This document shows, one piece after another, positions 11,917 through 24,947 of a stretch of DNA of 64,000 nucleotides. The first letter of the stretch is position 1; every line of letters starts with the position of its first letter. Location: assembly GCA_020184695.1 (NCBI GenBank), contig JAANOX010000101.1:62001-126000 (forward strand). The letters are read 5' to 3'. The notes beneath the pieces are model-generated. The model was given only the letters and a program-made list of their open reading frames with translations. It ran no database searches and was not told the DNA's origin. Source of the DNA: Histomonas meleagridis 2922-C6/04-290x. Taxonomy: Eukaryota > Protista > Parabasalia. The position numbers were made by a program, and so were the translations under genes.

Positions 11917-13906
11917 TTATTTCTTTATTGGTCCAATCAAATTTGCGAAATAATCGATTGATTCGTCATCCAAAAAATCGGAGTCTGAATCCGACGATTG
12001 CGAACTTGAGATTTCTTTTGGCATTTTCTTAATTTCCGGTTTCGGCAACTTTTCGCAATCCGAACTTAATTCGAAATCGAAGAAATTCTTTTGTTTCTTT
12101 TCGATGTTTAAAGTTTTTGACGTTGCTCTTCTTTTTCTTTTTGACGATGCCAAAACGTTTTCCTTTTGAACGATTTCTTCTTTTTTAATTTCATTTTTTA
12201 TTTGTATTTGTTCATTATTTTCCGGAAAAGTTTTTATCTCATTTGAATTATTATTAATATCTTTTTGTGGCATTCGAAATATATCTGTTGAAGCCGCTTT
12301 TAATGTGTAACCTCTTCGTGATCTTTGTATTGGGTTTTGTCTTATTGGCGTTAATGCGTTATAATTTATTAATTCTAATGCGCCCGGAATATTTTCATTT
12401 TCTTTAAAGTGTATAATTTGTTCGATTTTTTTATTTAGATTTATAGGTTTTATTACAAAATCTTTTTTAGAAAATGTTGTCAAAAATGATAAAACTTTTT
12501 TATGTGTTAACTTTTTATGTTTAAGTAAAATCGTTTGAAATGTTTTTGGCATTTTACATTTGATTTCGAAGTTATTTAAATTTAATTTTGGAATTATTAA
12601 CTTAACAATTGATTTATATAACGTTTTGACCTTTTCAGATAACATTAATTGCGATTTATATATCAAATAAAAAGAAGTTAATACAGAAGAAACATCAAAA
12701 GATGATAAAAATATTATTTGAATTTGGTTTTTTGTTAGTTTTAATGAAGTTTAATAATATTTTGGTTACATTTGATGTTTGCGAATAGTTTTGTGATATT
12801 TCCAAAACTTTAAATATATAATTATGATTTTTCCTTTGACAAAAAAGAGAAATCATAAATTTACAGATTTTTAATTCATGATATAAATAAGGAATCGATT
12901 GAAATGCTTTAATTATTAAGTTTTCATTCGTTCGATTATTTGGTTTATATTGACATAAGAATAAACAAAATGAATATGAATATAAATATTTAATGTTTTC
13001 GATATTACTTTTACGTGATATTATATAAAACGTTTCAATTGTCCCATTTTTAGTTAATAATGTAATAAATAATCGTTGAAACAAATTAAAATTCATTTGA
13101 TCAAAAATTATTTGTACCGTTAAATATGGAAGTGGATATTCATCAATTGTAGTGATAACTCGCTCAAAAAAATTCTCTTTAAATGTATGAAACATTTGGA
13201 AATAATTCGTGAAAAATGTTCGCAATAATTTCGCACCTGAAAGTTGCGTCTCATCAAACTCAAAATAATATCGGAAAATATAAAAGACAAAAGGCATAAA
13301 CAACGAATTTTTGATTGGCGCTTTTCCCGTGAAAAAAAGAAGCGAAATTTTATGTATAATTTCTTCGGGAAATTGACGTTGTTGTAATAAAAGTAACGAA
13401 TTCAAAACACGTTCGGAATTGGTATCATGCATATATTTGTTTACGACTATTTCTATAAGATTTGGATCGCGAGAAAGAAGAATTTGATATATGGGAACAT
13501 TGTTTTGAATAGGAAAATCAAGAAGAAAGGAAATAAATTGTGGTAAAATCCTTAATGGAAGAAATAATGAACAGGCACTCATGACTTTTACAAAGTGCTT
13601 CGGATTTATTTTGAATAATTTTTGAAAATAAGGAAAAAGGTTAGAAAAGAAAATATCAGGTAAATTTTCTGGAATTTCGTTGATTTTTATTTGGTACCTT
13701 GCTGATAGGGCTCTAAGTGAAGTACATGAAATTGTTGGATGCTGAAGTAAAAATGATATGAAATATATTGCATCTTTATCCCTTTCATTATCAAGTGATG
13801 ATATTTTTAAATTTAAATTAAAGCCCCTTGTTGGGGGTGTTTTATCTGATATTATATCTTGGATGACTGCTATAAAAGTATTTTCACTTTCTGCTTTGCT
13901 TTCCAT
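11917..13906 (-). CDS. Hypothetical protein, probably one ~650-aa gene split by a 1-nt indel near 12740
   Basis: ORF 12695..13906 overlaps an open upstream extension (LTKNQIQIIFLSSFDVSSVLTSFYL) of ORF 11917..12666. Confidence 0.55.
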
Positions 13907-14361
13907 CGGATGTGAATCACTTTTTCATATATTTACAAAAAATAATTCGGAAAAAGTGGAAATTTCAGAAGGTTTTCCTTGCGAAAATCTTCAAAATAAA
14001 TATTGCTTGAAAATTCGTATAATATGTTTTTGAATAAATTTTTAAATTTCTCAAATATTTGAAAATTCATCAAAAAGTTGAATTAGTTTTCTTATTGATG
14101 ACAAATTCATTTAATGCGGTTGCATCGTTAGCAATGAAAAAGTGCTAACTGTATTTAAAACCCAAAATTTGTATTACTAAATCGTTTTGCAAAGGGGGTT
14201 TCACAAATAAAAATCACCATCAAATTTAGATACATATAATATATTATAACTTAATTCGAAATATATAAATTAATTCTTAGATATGAACACTATATGTGAA
14301 AACAGAAACAAATTTAAAAAAAAAAATAAAATAAAATTAAACTCGAAATCATTTATGATAT

Positions 14362-17273
14362 TTAAATATTAACAAAACGTTCTTCTTTGAAATCTTCTGC
14401 AAATGGGTCTTCATCAATAACATTCATATTACCACCCATTGAAAATGTGCCAATACTTTTATTTTCATTCACTTCATAACTAACAACACTTTCGTTTTTA
14501 TTTTTGTTATGAGAACGAATAACAAAAACAACAACAAATACAATAATTAAAATAATAACAGCTAAAACACATACAATAATAATAATGATAATATTATTAT
14601 TAAATTGATTTTCATTATTATTTTGTTCATTTTGTTTGATAATTGTATAAAAATCTGAATAAAAATAAAAATATGTCGAATATTGAACAAATGTATAATT
14701 ATAACAAATGAATTCTGTGATTAGATATGTAAATGATGATGATATCATTGAAATGACATATGTATTTGTTACAAATGAATAATTAATAATAGTATTAACA
14801 TAAGATAAAGAATATTTCATTGTTAATGAATGCGATATTGTTGTATAAAATTCTAATAAATCACTTATAAATGTATTTGATTGAGAAAATGTATTTGATT
14901 GTAAAAATGTATTTGATTGAGAAAATGAATTCGATTTTGTAAAAAGATTTGAAGATGTAAATACATTTGATTGAGAAAATGTATTTGATTGTGAAAATGT
15001 ATTTGATTGTGAATATGTATTTGATTGTGAAAATGTATTAGATTGTGAATATGTATTTGATTGTGAAAATGTATTAGATTGTGAATATGTATTTGATTGT
15101 GAAAATGTATTAGATTGTGAATATGTATTTGATTGTGAAAATGTATTAGATTGTGAATATGTATTTGATTGTGAAAATGTATTAGATTGTGAATATGTAT
15201 TTGATTGTGAAAATGTATTAGATTGTGAATATGTATTTGATTGTGAAAATGTATTAGATTGTGAATATGTATTTGATTGAGAATATGTATTTGATTGTGA
15301 AAATGTATTAGATTGTGAATATGTATTTGATTGAGAATATGTATTTGATTGTGAAAATGTATTAGATTGTGAATATGTATTTGATTGTGAAAATGTATTA
15401 GATTGTGAATATGTATTTGATTGAGAATATGTATTTGATTGTGAAAATGTATTAGATTGTGAATATGTATTTGATTGAGAATATGTATTTGATTGTGAAA
15501 ATGTATTAGATTGCGAAAATGTATTTGATTGTGAATATGTATTTGATTGTGAAAATGTATTAGATTGTGAATATGTATTTGATTGTGAAAATGTATTAGA
15601 TTGTGAATATGTATTTGATTGAGAATATGTATTTGATTGTGAAAATGTATTAGATTGTGAATATGTATTTGATTGTGAATATGTATTTGATTGTGAAAAT
15701 GTATTAGATTGTGAATATGTATTTGATTGTGAAAATGTATTAGATTGTGAATATGTATTTGATTGAGAATATGTATTTGATTGTGAAAATGTATTAGATT
15801 GTGAATATGTATTTGATTGAGAATATGTATTTGATTGTGAAAATGTATTAGATTGTGAATATGTATTTGATTGAGAATATGTATTTGATTGTGAAAATGT
15901 ATTAGATTGCGAAAATGTATTTGATTGAGAGTATGTATTTGATTGCGAAAATGTATTCGATTTTGTAAAAACATTTGATGATGTAAATATATTTGATTTT
16001 GTAAATGGATATGATGGTGTCGGTGTAAATTGAAGTGTTGGCATTATAGAGCAACCAGAAGCTGCAGTAGTAATTACATTAAATCCTCCAAATGTACTCC
16101 CTTGATATGAATTTAATACCATAATATCGATACTGATTGTGCAACTACTAAAAGCTTTTTCATTAATTTCTGGTTCAGTTTCTCCATAAAAATAAAAACA
16201 TTTCAGTGAATTACAAGAATAAAATGCATTAGTTCCGATTGATTTTACATTTTTACCGATATATATCGTTGTTAAACTAGAACATGCTGAAAATAAGCTA
16301 GTTGGAATTTCTGGTACTTCATTAGAAATGGTAAAAGTTTTTAGATTGGAACATACATAAAATGTAAACGTATTAAAACTATTAATTTTTTCACAATTAA
16401 TAATCTCTTCCAAATTGGTAGCATGATAGAATGCGCTACCTTTTAAAGTCGTAACAGTTGATGGAATTTCATACACAGAACCTGTTTTTGTTGGAGGATA
16501 ACAAATAAGTGTTTGTACATTTTTATCATAAAGAACATCATCATTATTTAAATTACAATAATTTTGATTATTTGCTGCACTTTATAATATGCTATATTAC
16601 TACAAAGATTAAAAGCAGAATCTTCAATTGTAGCAACTGAAGCTGGAATTGTTATACCACTCAAAGCAGTACAACCCTGAAATGCACAACTTTTAATGGT
16701 TTGAACATTTTCTCCAATACTAACTGACTCTATATTTGAACACAAATTAAAAGCATGATTACTAATTACTGTGACAGAACTTCCAATTACAACTGATATC
16801 AAAGATTTCCATGAATCAAATGCACTTAATGAAATTGTTGTGACTCCACTTTCAATTATAAGATATTTAGTCGAATCTTTATATGTAGATCTATCATTGT
16901 ATTCATCTAAGGTCGTGATTGTGAATGTTTCTCCTGAAAATCCTTCATTTGAATGTATAAAAAATAGAACGAACATCAAAAGAAGAAGTTTATTGGTGAT
17001 ACTTTCATAAGATTTTAAATGTAATTTTTTTTTAAAATAACTCTTTTTGAAAAATAATAAAGCAGCAAAAAACATAATTGAAATTACTAAAACATTATCT
17101 ATTTTGAAAAATGAAGACAAAACATTGGAGTCTTTTGCTGATGCAAGAAAACGATAAGATATACACTTGAATTGGAATATAAATTTCGAAGTAAAAGGAG
17201 ATATTTGATTATCTTCATGGTAATTGCACGAGCAAATTTCAAGCATTGTAAGAATAAAACAATATGCAAACAT
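14362..17273 (-). CDS. BspA-like (TpLRR) single-pass surface protein with SQSNT(F/Y) repeat stalk; 1-nt frameshift at ~16579
   Basis: LRR_5-type repeats (IGENVQTIKSCAFQGCTALSGITIPASV). The gap between ORFs reads V-AANNQNYCNLNNDDVLYDKNVQTLICYPP once one base is restored. C-terminal TM and acidic tail EDPFAEDFKEERF. Confidence 0.85.
14870..15960 (-). repeat. 18-bp coding minisatellite (~60 copies) encoding SQSNT(F/Y)
   Basis: Units gtatttgattgtgaaaat / gtattagattgtgaatat on the + strand. Confidence 0.95.
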
Positions 17274-17792
17274 ATTGGAGATTAAGAGACCCTTAATCGA
17301 AAACTGATGAGATCATCAAATTTTGAGAACCCTATGGTAATTAACCGATTTTGATTTTCAAATTCCATAATTCTGAAGTTCAGCCATTCAAATTCAGATG
17401 TAAAAAATGGCCGGCCAGTCGAAATTTGCGATAATTTTTCATGAAAAATCATCAAGAAACTTTTTGAATACTTTAGTTGACTTAGTGGACCGTTAAAGTA
17501 TACGAAACTTCAAAATAATGATGAACATAGTGATCCTCAAAACCAAAAGAATCGCAAATATCGTTCGGAGTTCGTGTACCTATACTCCTGCTGATATTTA
17601 TACCTGAAGAACAGGAAAAAAACTTTTGAATAAAATGATTTTTGTTTTCACCAAGAAATGATAAAAAACTAATTGCATACAACGGTAAATGTTATTTTAT
17701 TATTTACTTTTTTCCATTAAAAATGTTTAAACATAAAAAAAACATTTAAAAATAACAAAATAAACTAAAATTTTTTAATCACAACACAAACA

Positions 17793-20700
17793 TCACCCGT
17801 AAAGTTTTTTTTTTAAAGGCAATGGAATATCAGGAGGCAAATTACTTTTAATACTTTTTACCCCAAAATTTACCTCGCTTTTTATTACTGTTTCATTATT
17901 TTGATTTGTAATATTTTCATTATTTTTTGTTGAATTTTGTTGATTTTGCGTAACGTTTGAAGAAAACACAGGCGTAGTCAAAACGTTTTGTTGTTGGACT
18001 TCTTGTTTTGGAGGCTCAGCTCTATGTGGTAAAGTTCGTAAGAACTCATCTGTCATTTTTCGTGCAGCTTCTTGTGAAGCTCTAATTTGCGCTTGCTTAT
18101 TTAATTGATTTTTATTTTGTTGTTGATTTGTATTAAATCTTCTTTTTTTAATTGGCGTAATATTATTTGGAATTGTTAATGGCACAATTTTGTTTTGTTG
18201 CTGTTGTTGTTGCTGTTGTGTTTGTTGTTGTGTATCAATACTTTTAGCAGGAAAAACAATGTTGTTCCATACTGGTATTTGTGTGTATTGTTGTTGAGGC
18301 TTTTGTTCTTGTTGCTGTAACTTATTATCTGTTTTAAAATTCTTTTTACGTGAAATATTTCGTTTTTGTTGAATCTTTTGATGCATTATTCTTTCGAGTT
18401 GTGCAACTCTTTGAAGTAATTCATTACTTGGCTTATATTCTTGTTGATTATTTTTGTTTTCTTTTCTGTTTTGTTGTTCTATATTTATATCATTTAAAAA
18501 TATTTGGAATTGATAATCATTTAATATATAAAATGGAAATTTTCTAATATCAGAATCAAAATAAAGTTGAAATTTACCTGTAAGAAATTCATTACTTATA
18601 TTTTGTTTTGTTTGAAATAATTTTAATAAAAAATTCTTTCGTGTAGTTATACCAAATTGATTAATATAATTAAATAATGATAAACATTCTATATTAGTTA
18701 AATCATCATTAATTTTTTCATTATGATTTTGTAGTTTTAAGATTTCTGATATTTGAAATATTTTTGAAATTAAATTATTATGAATTTGTAATTCTATAAT
18801 TTGATCTGATTCAATTTCATATGTATTTGATATTCCACATGAAACATATTCTTTAGGAATATTTAATTGTAAAGAAATTGTTATTTGAGTTGCTGAATTT
18901 ATCATTGAAATTAATTTTGTACTAAAATAATATACTTCGTCAGTAGTCTTACTCATTAATCCGGTTTTAGAATGAAATACATTTGGTAAATATTTAATTA
19001 ATGAAAATCCAAAATCGGAAATAGTTTTTAGAAGTTGTTTAATTTCATATTTTGTCCAAAATGGAATTTTATAACTATTCTCAAAATTGTTTAATATAAG
19101 TTGTGATTTCATTTCAAATATAATTCGTTCAATTCGTTGTTGATCATAAATCATTGGATGTGTAAAGTTCATTAATGATTCCAATATTTTAATATCAACT
19201 TCGGAATTTATACAAATTTGTTGTAGAATAGTTTCATTAAAAATAAGTTTAAAATTTGTTATTATCAAATTTGTTTCAATTTTTTTAAGAATTTTTTCCG
19301 CAGAATTAAAAATATGTTTCTTAAGACTTTTAATTCCAGAAAAATCAATTGAAAAATAATTTTTTAATGGTTTTAACCATTGACTTTTATCACTACATAA
19401 TAAAATTTGTAAATTATAATTTTGTGAAATAGATAATAATTTATATAATAATAATGGATAAGAAGAAATATTTAATGGATTAATAGCTCTAAATAATGAA
19501 ATTAATAAACATGTTTCAAGTGATGATTGATTATTATAACCATTTAATTTTAATGATTTTAATGTGTTATTTGTTATATCGAAAATAGTTTCTTCTTCAT
19601 TTGTAATTCCATTAAATGATTTATAATCAAAAAATTCTTCTTCGATAATGAAATCAGTATAATTAAATTCATTATCATTAATGTTTAATTGTTTTGGAGG
19701 ATCAACAGAGAAAATTGGTTTGTTATATATGTTTCGTGAACATATTTGTTCAGATAAAATTCGATGTTCAATTGTTCCATATGAAATTAATCGATAACAA
19801 TTTGGAATTTCAGTATCAAAAGAAAACACAAAATCATTTTCTTTTGGTATTTCATTTGTTAATATTACATTTCCTTCAAATGTTTCATGATAATATTTTG
19901 TTGATATATAATTAAGTTTACAAAACTCTTCAAATAATATCAAAAGTTTTTTCGATGAACTATGTATATAAATTTTAGTTGTAATTTGTTTAATTAATTT
20001 ATATAAATATAAAAATTTCGTGGATAATAATATAAAAAGTTGTGAACGTGGAATTGACTGAAATAATTTCTCAATCCCTTCAACTAATAATGGATGATTT
20101 ATAATTTTCATTTTGTCATTTGTACATTTTTGATATAAAATTAATTGTTCATCTGAAAGATTTAAAAAAATATGTTTTGTTTTTGGAATCGTTAATTCAA
20201 AAACAAGATTCGGTTTCTCTATTAATGGTTGTAAAACATTAAATGAAGAAATACTTATATCATTTGCTAGGAAAACTTTCTGATTAGAATGAAGTGAATA
20301 TATTAAATTGTATTTTTTGCTGTTGGCACTTTTTATGGCGTCACTTTTGTCTGCAACTACAACATCGAATTGTTCATCAAGAAAGAAAAGATAATCTTGA
20401 TATAAGGTATAATAATCTGTAATTATAACCATAGAATTCGGTATTTGATATTGGCGTTTGACAGATCGACAAAAATCATCACCAAAATAACATGTATGAA
20501 TGACATTTCTTTCTTGTAAAGAAAATGACCATTTCTCAATTTCAGTGGGTAAAGAAACAATAATTATTCGACCGTTAAATGCTGCAATACAATCAAATAC
20601 ATCAAAATAATCTCCCATAAAAAGACAGCTTTTCTCAGAACTAAACACATTATAAAGAAACTTAAAGCCATTAGTTGGTTCTATTGGAAGCTCTTTTGGC

Positions 20701-21404
20701 GTTGGCATTCGTTCATTAAAATTTGTAATTAAAGCTGAAAGATTTTGGTTTATGGGACTATCAAAAGCAAATAAGTTAAAATCATTGTATGAATACCTGA
20801 AGAGATAATTATTTTCAATTTTTGCGATAACTTCAATCTTCGAAAGAGATGTATTTTGAATTGGCTTAGATATGGTTGAAAGAAATTCACTTTCATCTTG
20901 TTTCGTGTTGAACGTGTTTATTTCTCGTATGAAATTGGGAAAAGTTGTTATTTTTGATGTATCAATCCATTTAGCAAATTGTTTATGCGATGTATTTGTT
21001 AACGAACAAAGAAATTCTGTATCTTTTGCAGGCTCTTTTCTAGAAAAGTATACCTTGTAAATCAACAAATCATTTTTGGAATCACTTGTAATTTCGGAAT
21101 TTTGAGGTTGAAAAGGTTGTTCTGTAATGTCTGGTGGATTTGAATTTTGTGGAAAACTTTGTTGGTTAATTGTATTTGATGGTTGATCAAAATTTAGTTG
21201 TATACTTTTATTAACACCATGAATTGGTACATTTTTTAAAAGTATATTTTTGTCAGCGTTTGGTCCAAGGTTCGAAAAAGGCTGAAATTGAGCATTTTGT
21301 TGAGAACTTGTTTGAATGCTCTGATGGATACTTTGTGTCGAATTGTTTGTAAAATTTATTAGTTGTTTTTCTTTGTTTCCATCAGATTCCATTTCCTGCA
21401 TCAA
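17793..21404 (-). CDS. Divergent SNF2/CHD-like helicase-fold protein with Q-rich C-terminus
   Basis: Degenerate SNF2 landmarks: FDVVVADKSDAIKSANSK (DEAH-like), LSTKFLYLYKLI (SGK-like), YRLISYGTIEHRI (motif VI-like). Confidence 0.55.
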   Translation of the reverse strand: MMQEMESDGNKEKQLINFTNNSTQSIHQSIQTSSQQNAQFQPFSNLGPNADKNILLKNVPIHGVNKSIQLNFDQPSNTINQQSFPQNSNPPDITEQPFQPQNSEITSDSKNDLLIYKVYFSRKEPAKDTEFLCSLTNTSHKQFAKWIDTSKITTFPNFIREINTFNTKQDESEFLSTISKPIQNTSLSKIEVIAKIENNYLFRYSYNDFNLFAFDSPINQNLSALITNFNERMPTPKELPIEPTNGFKFLYNVFSSEKSCLFMGDYFDVFDCIAAFNGRIIIVSLPTEIEKWSFSLQERNVIHTCYFGDDFCRSVKRQYQIPNSMVIITDYYTLYQDYLFFLDEQFDVVVADKSDAIKSANSKKYNLIYSLHSNQKVFLANDISISSFNVLQPLIEKPNLVFELTIPKTKHIFLNLSDEQLILYQKCTNDKMKIINHPLLVEGIEKLFQSIPRSQLFILLSTKFLYLYKLIKQITTKIYIHSSSKKLLILFEEFCKLNYISTKYYHETFEGNVILTNEIPKENDFVFSFDTEIPNCYRLISYGTIEHRILSEQICSRNIYNKPIFSVDPPKQLNINDNEFNYTDFIIEEEFFDYKSFNGITNEEETIFDITNNTLKSLKLNGYNNQSSLETCLLISLFRAINPLNISSYPLLLYKLLSISQNYNLQILLCSDKSQWLKPLKNYFSIDFSGIKSLKKHIFNSAEKILKKIETNLIITNFKLIFNETILQQICINSEVDIKILESLMNFTHPMIYDQQRIERIIFEMKSQLILNNFENSYKIPFWTKYEIKQLLKTISDFGFSLIKYLPNVFHSKTGLMSKTTDEVYYFSTKLISMINSATQITISLQLNIPKEYVSCGISNTYEIESDQIIELQIHNNLISKIFQISEILKLQNHNEKINDDLTNIECLSLFNYINQFGITTRKNFLLKLFQTKQNISNEFLTGKFQLYFDSDIRKFPFYILNDYQFQIFLNDINIEQQNRKENKNNQQEYKPSNELLQRVAQLERIMHQKIQQKRNISRKKNFKTDNKLQQQEQKPQQQYTQIPVWNNIVFPAKSIDTQQQTQQQQQQQQNKIVPLTIPNNITPIKKRRFNTNQQQNKNQLNKQAQIRASQEAARKMTDEFLRTLPHRAEPPKQEVQQQNVLTTPVFSSNVTQNQQNSTKNNENITNQNNETVIKSEVNFGVKSIKSNLPPDIPLPLKKKLYG

Positions 21405-21949
21405 ACAAAGTTTGAAAACAACAAAAGATTCATCGTTTTTATGGACGATGAAATCTTTTCAATTGAAAACGATCAACACAAAACATGTCAAATCATGCTG
21501 AAAAAGTGAAAACTGATCAATAAGATTTTTCCATGATTTTGAGTTTCATTAGAACTTTTGCTTTCAGATACAAAACGAAAAGGGATAACATTTTTACTAA
21601 ATTTTCATCAGCCTATGAAAAACATTTATAGTTTTGTACTTTATCCTAATTTGATTAAAATCAAATTTGTAAATGATATGTTTTTCTAATCAAGAATTTA
21701 GAAAAACAATATCTAATGGTTTAATTTTTCTTATTTTTACCTTAATTAAAAATGATGTCCGATTAGACAGATTTTTATTTTTTCTATTTTGAACAATCTA
21801 CACAAAACTGTCATTTTTGAATGTTAACGATATTTAAACTGTTGGCAGAAATTTTAAGAGTGAAAAATGTCTCAAATTGAATGCAATTAACAATGGCAAA
21901 TTTTGTAATTTCATGACAAAAACGATAAAACTTCATTTAAAATTTCACT

Positions 21950-24208
21950 TTATTTTGCCAAAATCATTGACTTTACCAGTTCCACAAATTCTTCTTTTGC
22001 CTTTTTCTCGGTCATCATTATGTTAATTTTTTCATATATTTCCTCTAACACGTTATAATACTGTCTTCCCAATTCAGCCAAGTTACCCAAGAAGAACTTC
22101 TTTGCGACCACTGTCATTTCCATTTTATTAAAGTAATCGCAAGCAGATTCGATTATATTAAACAACAAATCCTTTGCCTCATCGAATTTTTTTTCTTCCA
22201 CTTTCATTGCCAAGCACGTATCCAATATCACGTAAAAGCTTGGCCAATTATTATAATTTGACAATGGGTTAACTTTTATATCGAAATAATAATTCAAGAC
22301 AGATTTGATTGTTACGAATTTTGTTAATATCATATATACCATTATTTCTTGATATACAGGTTGGAAGTCGGAGTAAAATTCCGCAGTAGCTTTAACTAAT
22401 AATTGGACTTTCCAATCAGCATCATACGCCTCTTTAATTACAATCGAAAACTTTTCGATCAGATTTATAGTTCTATCAGGTACACCATCAGCTGCATTAT
22501 ATATGTTGGTAATAAGGAATTGTAATGCTTCATATTCACCAAATATACCAACAAGTTCTTTATATTCTTTATCGACAACTTCAACTGTGTCTTCTAATTT
22601 CTTCCTAAGTTGTTTGGAACGTAAATCATAATCACTACCTTCATCACCATATATGAAATTAAGTTTTCTTCCTTTCGGAAATATCGATTGGAATTCTTGG
22701 ATATCATTAATAAATGAATTTTCATGACTAATGTTATATAATTGATTTATGATATCTTTCAAAAACATAAAACGTAAATCATTCTCAGCAAGTTGTAAGA
22801 AAAATTGCCACTTACTCCAACACCATGAGAATTCGAAACATGAAATAAAATGCACAAAGAAGTTAATGAGTCTTCGATATAAACCTGTGTCAAGTTTGGT
22901 GATGTTTGATACAATTTGTAGTATAATCGGTGAGAAATACATTTGGATGATCGAAAATGGCCAATTCTTACAAAAGTCAACAAGATTTAAATATAAAAGA
23001 ACATGAAAACATGTAGGATAATATGGAGTTGGTATCTTAAGAATATCACTAACAATGACTGTGTTAAATAATTGAACGACAAATATCAATGGAGATTGTT
23101 CATTATCTGGAAATCGTAACGATTTATAGTTCAAGAGCATTGGTAAGGCAATCATTTGGGCGGCCGTTAAGTTCGCATCATTCCCAAAAAACACTAAAAT
23201 GTCATCAGCTATGTCGGAGATGATCGGATTAGGTCCACTTTCGATGTGTTCACTACGCAAAAAGACTAATGGTAATGGCGCAAGATCTTCTTCACCAAAA
23301 TTGAATGTGATCTCAGGTAAATCAATCGGAGTGATCGGACTATTAGAAAATAGCTCAATGTATGAGTCACTTAATAAATGTAATTCTTCGGAATTTAGAA
23401 GAGTGTCAAGAAATGAATTATTATTATCTTTCATGGGTGAAAGATTTAGTATGAAATTGGGTGGACGTCTTTGAATATAGGATTTAATGTTATCAATGAC
23501 TTTTTCTTTGGTATCAGGAGAAACAGGACCCATCTTAATCGCCATTAAAAGTGATCGAGAAATGGATTCAGCTCGACATAGTGAAGAAGAAGGTATAATG
23601 TCTGAAATAGATTCAAGAAGTTTGTCAAAGGACTCTGTAGTAATAATTTTGAAATATGCTAATGATCCAATAAATCTTAATAATAGCTTGAAAACTCGGA
23701 AGTAATCGTTAGTAAAGGCTTCTTGAAGTTTCGCTGGTATAGTGCTGGTAACTAAATCATTTTGTAAGTTATTTGCAAATTGTGTGATATAACAACTGAC
23801 TAAAGCAGCAAGACATTCAACTTGAGGAGACATACGGACAGCAGATTCAATAAATACGTCAAAGAGAATTTCTGTGTGTTCCGAAAAATCATTAAATAAT
23901 TCACCCGCCATTTGTTTAATCTCTTGGCAACCAAATCGTGATGATGGATTGCAAACTCGAACAAGCTTTTCAGCTATCTGTCTAGCAATTTTGATGTTCT
24001 CTGGAGAATAATGTTTTGAAAAAGGAAGTTCGATATTTGCATCAATAACATGACGCTTTGGAGTTATATATTGAACTTCAACTGGTTCAGGTTCAGGTTC
24101 TTCACTGTGTTGGATCTCTCGGCCAAATTCATCTTGTAGTGGCTGCGCTGGGATTTCCTGTTTTTCCTCCATTTGGTTGAGTGCTATTAAACGGTTTACA
24201 CTACACAA
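21950..24208 (-). CDS. Nuclear cap-binding protein subunit 1 (CBP80)-like, MIF4G repeats; likely start ~24172
   Basis: Size and helical architecture; FKLLLRFIGSL and FVHFISCFEFSWCWSKW resemble CBP80 FSHHLSNFQFRWSWEDW. Confidence 0.7.
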   Translation of the reverse strand: MCSVNRLIALNQMEEKQEIPAQPLQDEFGREIQHSEEPEPEPVEVQYITPKRHVIDANIELPFSKHYSPENIKIARQIAEKLVRVCNPSSRFGCQEIKQMAGELFNDFSEHTEILFDVFIESAVRMSPQVECLAALVSCYITQFANNLQNDLVTSTIPAKLQEAFTNDYFRVFKLLLRFIGSLAYFKIITTESFDKLLESISDIIPSSSLCRAESISRSLLMAIKMGPVSPDTKEKVIDNIKSYIQRRPPNFILNLSPMKDNNNSFLDTLLNSEELHLLSDSYIELFSNSPITPIDLPEITFNFGEEDLAPLPLVFLRSEHIESGPNPIISDIADDILVFFGNDANLTAAQMIALPMLLNYKSLRFPDNEQSPLIFVVQLFNTVIVSDILKIPTPYYPTCFHVLLYLNLVDFCKNWPFSIIQMYFSPIILQIVSNITKLDTGLYRRLINFFVHFISCFEFSWCWSKWQFFLQLAENDLRFMFLKDIINQLYNISHENSFINDIQEFQSIFPKGRKLNFIYGDEGSDYDLRSKQLRKKLEDTVEVVDKEYKELVGIFGEYEALQFLITNIYNAADGVPDRTINLIEKFSIVIKEAYDADWKVQLLVKATAEFYSDFQPVYQEIMVYMILTKFVTIKSVLNYYFDIKVNPLSNYNNWPSFYVILDTCLAMKVEEKKFDEAKDLLFNIIESACDYFNKMEMTVVAKKFFLGNLAELGRQYYNVLEEIYEKINIMMTEKKAKEEFVELVKSMILAK

Positions 24209-24305
24209 CCATTTTAATGGGGCACTCCTTGGAGAACGTTAATACCCAAAGAAGCCAACTTCACTTTTGGCAATATATTCAATCGATATTTGGTCAAAAT
24301 TCCAA

Positions 24306-24947
24306 ATGCCAAGAAAGAAAGCAACTTCAACTACCAAAACGTCAACAACCCAAAAGAAAACAAAACCAAAGAAACCTATTCCAATCGAAGACTTTAAAAA
24401 AGATGAAAGTGTTAAAGATGGAATCAATGATTTAATGTCTCTTCCAGTTGAACTTATTCAAAAAGAATTGATCAAAAGAAACTATCACCAAGGAATGGTA
24501 GATGCTATGCCCAAATGGTTTCTAGTTGGGGTTCTTCGTAATGAAACTCAATTTGAACGCAATAAAAAACCTATTTTTGATGATGACGCTCAAACATTAC
24601 TTAATCAAGAAGAAGAACATAAAGAAGAAGAAACTCAAAATGAACCAAATACTGATTTTTCTGTTGATCCAAATGAATTTATTAATCCAGAACAAGAACA
24701 AAAGCCTCAAACAAACATACCTCATTTCCATATGTTTGGAATGAGTAAAAAATATGCTGACGTTCCTCCTGTTAGTAATAATGGAATGAAAAGAGATCAC
24801 ATATATGAACTCCTCGAATACGGAATTTCACTTTCTGTTATTACAAATTTACCACAGCAAGTTGCACAAGCTATTACTGCAGACTTTAATGCAAACAAAC
24901 CAGTGCCACAGATCATAATAACACATATTCCAAGTAATTTCGAATAA
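24306..24947 (+). CDS. Hypothetical protein (MPRKK... start), divergent from CBP80-like gene
   Basis: Open frame with natural composition; TCACTTT Inr-like motif upstream. Confidence 0.65.
   Translation: MPRKKATSTTKTSTTQKKTKPKKPIPIEDFKKDESVKDGINDLMSLPVELIQKELIKRNYHQGMVDAMPKWFLVGVLRNETQFERNKKPIFDDDAQTLLNQEEEHKEEETQNEPNTDFSVDPNEFINPEQEQKPQTNIPHFHMFGMSKKYADVPPVSNNGMKRDHIYELLEYGISLSVITNLPQQVAQAITADFNANKPVPQIIITHIPSNFE

Noticed and set aside
14865-15974. 369-aa overlapping ORF (HNQIHI/HNLIHF repeats)
   Set aside because: Alternate frame of the 18-bp coding repeat, open only because the unit lacks stops.
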